DNA from: Symbiobacterium thermophilum
GTDB lineage: Bacteria > Bacillota > Sulfobacillia > DYFQ01
NCBI GenBank assembly: GCA_020725105.1
Contig: DYFQ01000007.1
Location: 2,106 to 66,105 of the forward strand
DNA: 64,000 nucleotides
Direction of reading: 5' to 3'
This document shows positions 1 to 8,245 of the stretch, piece by piece. The translations under genes were made by a program, and so were the position numbers. Every line of letters begins with the position of its first letter. The first letter of the stretch is position 1. Below the pieces are notes generated by a model. It had not been told where the DNA came from. It searched no databases and worked only from the letters and a program-made list of their open reading frames with translations.

Positions 1-776
1 TTGGCGAGAAGCTGAGGCTGGGTCCCGACGGCCGGCCACCGGAGCCCTTGGGGCGGGGCGGCAAGGACAAAAAGCTCCCCGACGGCCTGGAGATCAAAGA
101 GGTCATCGTGGGACCGGGGAGCCCGGCCCGCCGGAGGTTTGTGATTGTGCTGAACCCCGAGGAGGCAGAGCGGGACCACAAAAAGCGCGAGTCCATCCTC
201 CAAGAGCTCAAAAAGCGCCTGGCGGAACTCGAGCAACTGGACGCCCAGGCCCACACCAAGGCCGTCTGCTGGTTGCGGGCGCACGAGACGTTTGGGCGGT
301 ATCTGCGTCAGGGCCGCGGGGGGCGGCTGGTCATCGACCGGCAGAAGGTCCAAAGAGAGGCCAGGCTTGACGGGAAGTTTCTGGTCTCAAGCTCCGACGA
401 CTTTCTTTCTGCCGAGGACCTGGCGTACGGCTACAAGCAACTGTGGCAGATCAAGCGGATCCACCGGGACCTGAAACACGTGGTCGACATCCGGCCCGTG
501 CATCACCGCCTGGAGGACCGGATCCGCTCCCACGTGCTTTTGTGCTGGCTGGCGCTGTTACTCATCCGGGTGGCCGAGAACGAAACCGGCCGCACCTGGC
601 AGCAGATAAAGAAGCTCACCTCAGCCATTGACGTGGGTCACCACCGCACCGTAAACGGCGAGGTCTCGCAGGTCCGGCCGCTTGGGACCGAGCAGAAGGA
701 CCTGTTCAGAGCCCTCGAGCTCGAACCCCCGCCGCGCTATCTCAAGATCCAACCCCGCAGCCCAAAGCCCGCGTAG
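1..776 (+). mobile_element. IS1634/IS4-family DDE transposase, C-terminal ~258 aa only (5' part lies outside the window)
   Basis: Translation carries the GYKQLWQIKRIHRDLK block typical of IS1634-type transposase C-termini. The frame is open from nt 3 to the TAG at 774-776. A short hairpin GCAAAAcggTTTTGC follows at 778-792. Confidence 0.7.
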
Positions 777-857
777 GCAAAACGGTTTTGCGTCGTCGAG
801 CCCCCGGAAATGGCGTCACGTCGGCCTTTTTGCCTTATCGTTTTGCTGCGCGACTGT

Positions 858-1067
858 TCAACAGCGGTCGTAGACCGGGGCGAAGAACGGGACCTCCGAA
901 AGAATGATCTCGCCCTTGAGCCCGTCGGTGGAGGAGATGAAGACCAGGTCGCCGGGCACAGGGCCGAAGGCCGCGGCGACGTGGAACGTCTCGCCGGCAG
1001 CCGACGGCTCGCCCTGGCTCTTGAGGCGGAAATCGATGGTCTTGGTCCCCACCACGAGCCTGGCCAC
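858..1067 (-). CDS. hypothetical 69-aa protein, last ORF of the AT-rich minus-strand cassette
   Basis: Complete ORF on the same strand directly downstream of the 1160-1543 gene. No recognisable motif. Could also be a gene fragment. Confidence 0.3.
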   Translation of the reverse strand: MARLVVGTKTIDFRLKSQGEPSAAGETFHVAAAFGPVPGDLVFISSTDGLKGEIILSEVPFFAPVYDRC

Positions 1068-1159
1068 CGTGTGCAGCTCGTCGGCCGGGGCACACCAGAC
1101 CGTCAGGCACTCCTGAATACCCTTACAATTGCAGCGCCGGTATCTGTATTATGTTCTGT

Positions 1160-1543
1160 TCACATTATCTCATCGTCCACAAGTTCGACTTCAAATTGGT
1201 TAAGTTTAGCCCTCAGTTCGCTTCCCCTGACGAATTCAAAGGTTAGGACTCCCTCATTGCTTGCATATTTGACCGAGATAATATCATCTTCGACATCCTT
1301 CATGGCGCAATAAAGATCTATCACGTTGCGAATGATAATCCTGGATCGCATCCGTGTTCTTCGATGACCAAAAAACCGTGCCCTCCTATGCGAAAGGGAC
1401 ACTGCTTCTCTTTCGATCTTCACGGTCAACCTTCGCAGGTCAGGCTCAAAAGTCAAGGCCTCTCGCTCTACCAGCGCGTCGTGGCAGAAATCATTAATGA
1501 CATCTAATTCGGACTCTAGGTTAGCAGCCCGCAGAATGACCAT
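1160..1543 (-). CDS. hypothetical 127-aa protein encoded in a markedly AT-rich islet
   Basis: Clean ORF with non-repetitive composition and an acidic C-terminus (ELVDDEIM). Local GC is far below the ~70% of the surroundings. No family recognised by eye. Confidence 0.55.
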   Translation of the reverse strand: MVILRAANLESELDVINDFCHDALVEREALTFEPDLRRLTVKIEREAVSLSHRRARFFGHRRTRMRSRIIIRNVIDLYCAMKDVEDDIISVKYASNEGVLTFEFVRGSELRAKLNQFEVELVDDEIM

Positions 1544-1565
1544 TATTGTTAGTTCCCCCCGCCCA

Positions 1566-1820
1566 TTACCTTAACTTATCGCCAAGGCGAATCCGAACGG
1601 CTTTACCTGACCCGCGGACGCCCTTCATCCAGATATTAACTTGGACGTGCGCTAGTTTCCCAAACCGCCCAAAGGTATGATGAGCGCCGTGAATCCCCAC
1701 TCTTATGCCGCCGCCAACTGCAAGATGGCCGAGTACCGCCCCTGCGGCCATCCCCACTAGAGCACCACCGGTAACAGCGGCAACCGTGCCGAATGTCCCC
1801 CAGCCACGCGATTGCGCCAA
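1566..1820 (-). CDS. small Gly/Ala-rich (glycine-zipper-like) membrane protein, ~84 aa from TTG 1820 (alternative ATG 1751 gives 61 aa)
   Basis: C-terminal part of the 1566-2189 ORF reads AVVGAAVGAYAGY...GTVAAVTGGALVGMAAGAVLGHLAVGGG. The upstream part of that ORF is antisense to the integrase remnant and was discarded. Confidence 0.4.
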   Translation of the reverse strand: MAQSRGWGTFGTVAAVTGGALVGMAAGAVLGHLAVGGGIRVGIHGAHHTFGRFGKLAHVQVNIWMKGVRGSGKAVRIRLGDKLR

Positions 1821-1984
1821 CCTGTACCCAGCGTACGCACCCACTGCTGCCCCGACGACAGCCGTAGCTGCCTGTACCCAACGTCCGTCCGGCTCGATGT
1901 ACGCTGGCGGCCTCCCAGCGCAGCTGGGCGGCGGTCGAGCACGTGGACGGTTCAGGCGCGGTCGTGCTGCGCCAGGAACAACCG

Positions 1985-2177
1985 CCTCACCCGCCAGGTG
2001 ACGCCCTGGGGCACGGCGGTCACCTACGGCTACCTCAAGGCGATCCAGGCCCAGGTCGGCCACTCGACCGCGGGCATGACCCTCGACACTTATGGCCACC
2101 TGTTGCCCGGCGGCCAGAAGGAAGCGGCCGCGAGGATGAACCAGATCCTCGCGGCCCTCAAGCGGCGGCCCGAGTAG
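1985..2177 (+). pseudogene. tyrosine recombinase (phage integrase family) C-terminal remnant
   Basis: Only the last ~60 codons are integrase-like (YGYLKAIQAQVGHSTAGMTLDTYGHLLPG...). Upstream frame is junk. The remnant faces the 3' end of tRNA-Pro. Confidence 0.55.
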
Positions 2178-2313
2178 GGCCCTCCGCATCCAACGATTCG
2201 GGCGGTGCTTCGCTCCCGCCCGTTACTTTTTCCGCCGCCCTCCGATTGCTATACGTGTGCTATACGTCGGGGTTTTCTGAGGCGACGGCTTCGCAAACTC
2301 CCTGCTATCTCTG

Positions 2314-2387
2314 TCGGAGCGCCGGGATTTGAACCCGGGACCTCGTGAACCCCATTCACGCGCGCTACCAAGCTGCGCCACGCCCCG
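2314..2387 (-). tRNA. tRNA-Pro (anticodon GGG)
   Basis: Manual fold gives a 7-bp acceptor stem (CGGGGCG/CGCTCCG), D-arm GCGCAGCTTGGTAGCGC, anticodon arm CGTGAATGGGGTTCACG (loop AUGGGGU), T-arm CCGGGTTCAAATCCCGG and discriminator A. CCA is not encoded. Confidence 0.85.
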
Positions 2388-2531
2388 ACGGGTGAGCCGC
2401 GCGGCGGCGGCCTTTCCGGGCCGGCCGCCAGTGCGCTATGCTTGACCGCAGGAGCATTATAACACCCGACCGACGGCCGGTTCAACCGCGGTGGTCCGCC
2501 ACCGGCCGCCGTCAGGAGGCGGGGAGGGAGT

Positions 2532-3275
2532 ATGCCGGGAAGCAACGCCGGGTCCTGGCGCGGCTGGCGGCACGTGACCAAGCTGGATCCCGACCGGCCG
2601 GTGAGCGACGCGGCCCTCGAACGGCTGGCGGCGAGCGGCACCGACGCGCTCGTGCTCGGCGGGACCGGTGGGCTGACGGAAGAAAAAGTGCTGAACCTGC
2701 TGGGACGGGTGCGGCCGCTGGGGCTGCCGGTGGCCATCGAGGTCGCGTCGCCGGCCTGCCTGCTTCCCGGTGCCGACTGGTATCTCGTGCCCGTGGTGCT
2801 GAACGCCGGCGACCCGTGGTGGCTGGCGGGAGCCCACGTCGACGCCCTCCGGCGCCTGCTCGCTCTGGGCGTCGACTTTGACTGGCCCCGGGTGCTCAGC
2901 GAAGGTTACCTGGTGCAGAACCCCGCGTCGGCGGTGGCCCGCCTGACCGGCGCCCGGCCAGCGGCAACCAGCCGGGAAGCCGAGAGCTATGCCCTGCTGG
3001 CGGAACGCGTCTACCACCTGCCCATTTTCTACGTGGAGTACAGCGGCAGCTTCGGCGACCCCGAACTGGTCCGGGCGGCCGGCCGGCAACTGGCGGGCGC
3101 ACGCCTGTTCTACGGCGGCGGCGTTGACTCCGAAGAGCGGGCGGCGGCCGTGGCGGCCGTCGCCCACACCGTGGTGGTAGGCAATGCCCTTTACAGCCAC
3201 GGTCCGGAAGGCGTGGCCGCGACCGTTCGGGGGGTCCGGCGGGTGGCCGCTCCGGCGCGCGGCGGGACCGACTAG
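2532..3275 (+). CDS. pcrB: heptaprenylglyceryl phosphate synthase (PcrB/GGGP synthase family)
   Basis: KLDPDR start, GGTGG and FYVEYSGSFGDPE motifs of the PcrB/GGGPS TIM-barrel family. Confidence 0.8.
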   Translation: MPGSNAGSWRGWRHVTKLDPDRPVSDAALERLAASGTDALVLGGTGGLTEEKVLNLLGRVRPLGLPVAIEVASPACLLPGADWYLVPVVLNAGDPWWLAGAHVDALRRLLALGVDFDWPRVLSEGYLVQNPASAVARLTGARPAATSREAESYALLAERVYHLPIFYVEYSGSFGDPELVRAAGRQLAGARLFYGGGVDSEERAAAVAAVAHTVVVGNALYSHGPEGVAATVRGVRRVAAPARGGTD

Positions 3276-5092
3276 CTCCGGGCGGCCCGGCGCGCGGCGC
3301 GGCGCACCTGTGCCCGCCTGGCGAACCAGAGGCCGATAAACGTCAGGCTCAGCCCGACGAAGCCCGTGCCCGCCGCCATGGCGGTCCAGCCGAGCCAGGT
3401 GACGGTGCCGCCGCTGGCCTCCAGCACCGCCGGCGAACCTGCCGCCAGCAGCAGGCTGGCCGCCCGCCGGCCGGGGTCCACGGCGCCGGTGGCGCGGCGG
3501 ATGGGCCACGGGGTCTTGACCTCCACGACCACCCGCAGCCTGTCGCGGACCGGGTCGACCAGCGCCCGGACCAGGTCCTGCTCGATGGCGCGGCCTCCGG
3601 ACGCCCGGCCCAGCCGGGCGACCGCCGCGGGGCCGAGCGCCGCCAGGACCGTCTCCCGGGCCCAGCTCTCGAGCCATGCTCCCGGATCGGGTACCGCGCG
3701 GCGGTACTCGAAGCTTCGGAAGAAGGGCGCGGCCGCCACGCGAACCTCTCCGCGGCCGAAGATGGCCGGGTCCGGCGCCCCCGGCTCGGCCGGCAAGCGG
3801 GTTTCCTGCCGGAGTCTCCCGTCGGCCTCGATCGCTTCGCGCAGAACCAACGGCTCGTCTGCTACCGTCAAGGGCGGCACCAGCCGTAACAGGCTTTTCA
3901 CGGCGGCTCGGCGAGCGCCCGGGTCATCCGGTCCCGCGAACACCCGCAGGGCCATGTCTACCATTTGTGGCGGGGTGACGAACCACCAGTCCCCGGCTGC
4001 CTCGGGGTGGGACCCCAGGTACTCGCCGGCCGCCTCCAGGAAGGCCACGGCGTGGCCCGGCTCGCCGGACCAGTGCGCCGCCTGCCAGAGGAACCGCACC
4101 CGTTCCCGGGCGAGGGCCGGGTCGGCCGGGGCCGTGGCGCGGGCCCGTTCGTGGGCCGCCACGCCGGCCTGGATCGCCCGGCCCACCCGGTCCGGGTCGA
4201 CCCGGCGGGGCGGGAACAGGTCGGGGTCCAGGGACGCCACGGCTTCCATCAGGGCGGCGCGGGCCGCCGCCAGGTTCTCCAGGTCGGGGGTCGGGTCCGC
4301 GAACCGCCGCTCGGCCTCATCCAGGGCATCCCGGAAAAAAGTGTTGGCGAGGTAAAGCTCCAGGTCAAAGTCGGGTTCCAGGTCTCGCCACGCCCACTCC
4401 AGCGCCTGGCCGGTCCAGCGGAAGCCGGGGGTGGTGCCGGCCCGGACCAGGTCGGGACCCAGGGCGGCGTCGGAGGTCACCCGGACCGTCACCTCGCCGA
4501 TGGTCCCCGCCCAGTGGCGGCCCGTCGCCAGCACGTAGTAGAAGCGGAGGTCGCCCCACGGCCGGCCGGTCTCCACGGCGAGCCAGTAGCGCACCTCCAG
4601 GGTCACCGGCCGGCCGCCCGCCAGTTCCAGGTCCCAGACCGCCCAGCGCTCTTCGAACCGCTCGCCCTCCCAGGTGACGCTCACCTTCTCCTCGCGGTGG
4701 GGAAGCCGGCGCCCCTGATCGCCATCCACGACCGATACGGTGAAGTCGCGGAGGGACGCCGCCCAGAGGAGCCGGCCCGAACTGGCGCTGGGGCCGAGGG
4801 GAAACCCGATCAGGATCCGCTCGTCGGCCCCGACGATCAGACGGAAGCGGGCCGCGACGTCGGCCCGGTAGCCAACGGGAAAGTCCTCTGCTCCGGGGCT
4901 ACGCCGGAAGTGGGCGTGGACCTCGGCCGTCTGCATGCGTACGCCGGTCGTGTCCCGCGGCTCCAGGATGCGTCCCACGGCGTGAAGGGGGGCGGCGTCG
5001 GCGGCCACCGTCCGGCCGGGAGTAAGGCCAAGGGCCGCCACCAGCAGGGCGGTGAAGAGCTTGGGTAGCCACGGCCGCACGGTCGTCGTCAC
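3272..5092 (-). CDS. large exported protein (606 aa) with N-terminal signal peptide and C-terminal transmembrane anchor plus polybasic tail
   Basis: N-terminus MTTTVRPWLPKLFTALLVAALGLTPGRTVAADA is signal-like. C-terminus has a hydrophobic helix then RRAQVRRAARRAARS. Converges on pcrB with overlapping stops. Confidence 0.55.
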   Translation of the reverse strand: MTTTVRPWLPKLFTALLVAALGLTPGRTVAADAAPLHAVGRILEPRDTTGVRMQTAEVHAHFRRSPGAEDFPVGYRADVAARFRLIVGADERILIGFPLGPSASSGRLLWAASLRDFTVSVVDGDQGRRLPHREEKVSVTWEGERFEERWAVWDLELAGGRPVTLEVRYWLAVETGRPWGDLRFYYVLATGRHWAGTIGEVTVRVTSDAALGPDLVRAGTTPGFRWTGQALEWAWRDLEPDFDLELYLANTFFRDALDEAERRFADPTPDLENLAAARAALMEAVASLDPDLFPPRRVDPDRVGRAIQAGVAAHERARATAPADPALARERVRFLWQAAHWSGEPGHAVAFLEAAGEYLGSHPEAAGDWWFVTPPQMVDMALRVFAGPDDPGARRAAVKSLLRLVPPLTVADEPLVLREAIEADGRLRQETRLPAEPGAPDPAIFGRGEVRVAAAPFFRSFEYRRAVPDPGAWLESWARETVLAALGPAAVARLGRASGGRAIEQDLVRALVDPVRDRLRVVVEVKTPWPIRRATGAVDPGRRAASLLLAAGSPAVLEASGGTVTWLGWTAMAAGTGFVGLSLTFIGLWFARRAQVRRAARRAARS

Positions 5093-5278
5093 CTCAGCCC
5101 GCCTGGAGACGCAGGTCTAGCTCGTCGGGTTCCTTCAGCGGAACGCAAAGGGCACCCCGGACGCTGCCGGAGGCCGGGTTCCCCACGAACGGCCCGGTTC
5201 CCTGCGCCGGGACCGGTCAGCGTCCCGTCGGCCGGGGTGGAGGAGTCGCGGCCGGCGCGTCGAAAACGCCAGCGGTGT

Positions 5279-5302
5279 TGTGAACAAAACTGTGTACAAA
5301 AC
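5279..5302 (+). promoter_or_regulatory. tandem direct repeat TGTGAACAAAAC / TGTGTACAAAAC abutting the aminotransferase RBS (candidate operator)
   Basis: Two 12-mers identical at 11/12 positions, AT-rich in GC-rich context. Followed directly by GGGGGTGGAGGA and ATG 5317. Confidence 0.3.
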
Positions 5303-5316
5303 GGGGGTGGAGGACA

Positions 5317-6576
5317 ATGGAGCGCGACCCCGACGCCTTCGCCGACGACATCATCGCCCGCTACGGACGCCACATCAGTTCGTCCATGGCCCGGCTGTAC
5401 CGGTTCATGGGCCTGGCGACGGTGGAGTGGGGGGGCCAGGGAGCCGTCTGCACCGACGTTCACGGCCGGGAGTACCTGGACTTCAACGGCTGCAACGGCA
5501 CCCTCTTCCACGGTCGCCGCCATCCGCGGGTTATCGCCGCCGTCAGGGAACAGCTGGACCGGCTGACCATCACCAGCCGCCTCTTCGCCCATCAACCCGG
5601 CGTCGAACTGGCGACGCTGCTGGCGGAAGTCTCGCCGGGCGACCTGCAGTACTCCTTCTTCTGCAACAGCGGCGCCGAGGCGGTGGAGGGGGCGATGAAG
5701 CTCGCCCGGGTCTATACCGGGCGGCCGGAGATCATCGCCGCCCAGAACGCCTTTCACGGCAAGACCTTCGGGGCGCTGTCGGCGACGGCCCGCGAGCTGT
5801 TCCGCGCGCCCTTCGAACCGCTGCTCCCGGGAGTCCGCCACGTGCCCTACGGCGACGCCGGCGCCCTGGAGGCGGCCATCACCGACCGGACGGCGGCGGT
5901 GCTCCTCGAACCGGTCCAGGGCGAGGGCGGGGTCATCGTGCCGCCGGGAGACTACCTGCCGGCCGTCCGCGAACTGTGTGACCGCCGGGGCGTGCTGCTG
6001 ATCCTGGACGAGGTCCAGGCCGGTCTGGGGCGCACGGGCCGCCTGTTCTGTTCGGAGCACTGGGGCCTGGCTCCCGACATCGTCACGCTGGGGAAGATCC
6101 TTGGTGGCGGGGTCATGCCCGTCGGCGCCTTCATGGCCCGGGCCGACGTGTTCCGGCCCTTTGACGAGAACCCCTACATCCACTCGTCCACCTTTGGCGG
6201 GAACCCCCTGGCCTCCGCCGCCGCCCTGGCGGCGCTCCAGGCCACGCTGGAGGAAGGCCTGGCCGAGCAGGCGGCGGAGAAGGGGGCCTTTCTCAGGGCG
6301 GGACTGGAGCAGGTCCGCCGCGACCACCCCGACGTCATCCGCGAGGTCCGCGGCCTGGGTCTCATGATCGGGATCGAGCTACACCGGGAGGGCCTGGGCG
6401 GCGTCATCATCGCCGACATCGTGGCCAACGGGCTCCTGGCCATCCATTCCCTGGCCAACGAACGGGTGCTCAGGTTCTTGCCGCCGGCGGTGGTCACCCG
6501 GGAGCAGATGGACCGGGCGCTGGAGATCTTTGCCGCCGCCGTCGCCAGGGCCGAAGCCGTGCTGGCGGACGTCTGA
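5317..6576 (+). CDS. class-III PLP-dependent aminotransferase (acetylornithine/ornithine/putrescine aminotransferase family)
   Basis: Full-length class-III transaminase signatures (LILDEVQAGLGRTG, TFGGNPLA, GKxLGGG-type lysine region). Confidence 0.85.
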   Translation: MERDPDAFADDIIARYGRHISSSMARLYRFMGLATVEWGGQGAVCTDVHGREYLDFNGCNGTLFHGRRHPRVIAAVREQLDRLTITSRLFAHQPGVELATLLAEVSPGDLQYSFFCNSGAEAVEGAMKLARVYTGRPEIIAAQNAFHGKTFGALSATARELFRAPFEPLLPGVRHVPYGDAGALEAAITDRTAAVLLEPVQGEGGVIVPPGDYLPAVRELCDRRGVLLILDEVQAGLGRTGRLFCSEHWGLAPDIVTLGKILGGGVMPVGAFMARADVFRPFDENPYIHSSTFGGNPLASAAALAALQATLEEGLAEQAAEKGAFLRAGLEQVRRDHPDVIREVRGLGLMIGIELHREGLGGVIIADIVANGLLAIHSLANERVLRFLPPAVVTREQMDRALEIFAAAVARAEAVLADV

Positions 6577-6590
6577 AGGGAGGAGCGAGC

Positions 6591-7043
6591 GTGCCCTACG
6601 TCGAGGTTTCCAAGCTCATCCGGGGTCCCGTCGAGAGCGTGTACCGCCTTGCGTCGGACATGGAGGCATACCCCCGGTTCATGGAGGACGTGCTCAGCGT
6701 CACCGTGCTGGAACGGCGCGACCGGGCCACGGTGACCGAGTGGGTGACCCGGCTGGAGGGCCGGATTCTCAAGTGGAAGGAACTCGACGAGTTTGACGAG
6801 GCCAACTGGCGGATCCGCTACCGCCAGCTTGAGGGCGACCTGAAGAAGTTCGAAGGCGAGTGGGTGATGCGGGAGACGCCGGACGGCACCCAGGTCACCC
6901 TGACCGTAGACTTCGAACTCGGCATCCCCATGTTTGCCGCGCTCCTGAACCCCATCGCGAAGCTGAAAGTTCGCCAGAACTGCGAGTCCATGCTGGAGGC
7001 GATGCGCCGGCAGGTGGAGGAGGGCGGGGCCGGGGCACCCTAA
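6591..7043 (+). CDS. SRPBCC / polyketide-cyclase-like (Polyketide_cyc2) family protein
   Basis: 150-aa protein with SRPBCC-like sequence features, GTG start. Confidence 0.7.
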   Translation: MPYVEVSKLIRGPVESVYRLASDMEAYPRFMEDVLSVTVLERRDRATVTEWVTRLEGRILKWKELDEFDEANWRIRYRQLEGDLKKFEGEWVMRETPDGTQVTLTVDFELGIPMFAALLNPIAKLKVRQNCESMLEAMRRQVEEGGAGAP

Positions 7044-7051
7044 GGGCCGGG

Positions 7052-8245
7052 ATGGAATCACCGGCCATCGACGACCCAGACCCGATCAACCCGGCCCGGG
7101 TGCTGCTGCTGGCCAGACCGGCCGCGGGCGGCATGCGGACCCACCTCCAGACCCTGCTCCGCGGTCTGGCGCGGCACGGGGTGGAGGCCTGGCTTGCCGG
7201 TCCGGGCGACGAGCCCCTGGCGCCGGCCAGGACCGTGCCGCTGCCCGTCACCGACGGGGTGAGACCCCTCGACGACGCGCGCTGCGTCTGGTTGCTGGCG
7301 AGCGCCGTCAGGCGGGTGGCTCCCGCGGTAGTGCACGCCCACGGCTTGAAGGCGGCGCTCCTGGCCGCCGCCGGCCGGCCGGCCTGGCCCGCCGCGGGGC
7401 TGGTGGTCACGGTGCACGGCGCCGCCACCCTGGGGGCCAGCCCCGACGGCCGGCCCGGGCGCCTGGCGCGGAGCGTGGAGCGGTGGGCACTGGCCTCCGC
7501 CGACCGGGTGATCGCCGTTTCCACCGCCGTGAGCGAGCAACTCCAGGACTCCTTCGGCGTGCCTCCCGGCCGCATCGCCGTCATTCCCAACGGCATCGAA
7601 CCGGCGCCGGCTGACTCGGCCCTGGCGTCCAGCTGGCGCTCCGGCGCCCGGCGGGAACTCGGGCTGGCGCCCCAGACGCCGCTGGTGGGGTTTGTCGGCC
7701 GGCTGGCTCCTCACAAAGGAGTTCCCGTCTTTCTGGAGGCCGCTTCGCTGGTCGCCATGGCCAGACCCCGGACGGCGTTTCTGGTGGCCGGCGACGGCCC
7801 GCTACGGCCCGCCGTCCTCGAGGCCGCCGGCCGGCCGGAACTCCGGGGTCGCCTCCAATGGCTCGGGTTTCGCGTCGACGTGCCGCGGTTGATGGCCGCC
7901 CTGGACCTGGTGGGCTTTCCCTCGCTGCAGGAAGGGTTCTCCCTGGTGGCCCTGGAGGCCATGGCCGCCGGCCGCCCCGTGGTGGCCAGCCGGGTGGGCG
8001 GCCTCACGGAGGTGCTGGGCGAGGATGATGCCGCCGGGCCGGCCGGGCTGCTGGTCAAACCCGGCGACCCGGTGGCCCTGGCCGACGCCCTGGTCCGCCT
8101 GCTCCAGCACCCCGGCCTGGCCGCCGCCCTGGGGGAACGCGGCCGCGAACGGGCCCCCAGCTTCGGGGCCGAGCGAATGGTCCGGGCCATCCTTGAGGCA
8201 TACCGCGTCGCGGGCCGGGGTTCACCGCGCCATGGCCGGGGCTGA
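7052..8245 (+). CDS. family 1 (GT-B, GT4-like) glycosyltransferase
   Basis: ATG at 7052 follows the TAA of the upstream gene. Carries the EGFSLVALEAMAAGRPVVAS motif typical of GT1/GT4 enzymes. Confidence 0.8.
   Translation: MESPAIDDPDPINPARVLLLARPAAGGMRTHLQTLLRGLARHGVEAWLAGPGDEPLAPARTVPLPVTDGVRPLDDARCVWLLASAVRRVAPAVVHAHGLKAALLAAAGRPAWPAAGLVVTVHGAATLGASPDGRPGRLARSVERWALASADRVIAVSTAVSEQLQDSFGVPPGRIAVIPNGIEPAPADSALASSWRSGARRELGLAPQTPLVGFVGRLAPHKGVPVFLEAASLVAMARPRTAFLVAGDGPLRPAVLEAAGRPELRGRLQWLGFRVDVPRLMAALDLVGFPSLQEGFSLVALEAMAAGRPVVASRVGGLTEVLGEDDAAGPAGLLVKPGDPVALADALVRLLQHPGLAAALGERGRERAPSFGAERMVRAILEAYRVAGRGSPRHGRG

Noticed and set aside
1566-2189. Full 207-aa minus ORF as one protein
   Set aside because: Its N-terminal two-thirds is antisense to the integrase remnant and reads as low complexity. 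Only the C-terminal Gly-zipper portion was kept.
2457-3677. 406-aa minus-strand ORF overlapping pcrB
   Set aside because: Arg/Gly/Pro-rich low-complexity translation antisense to a well-supported gene; typical GC-rich shadow ORF.
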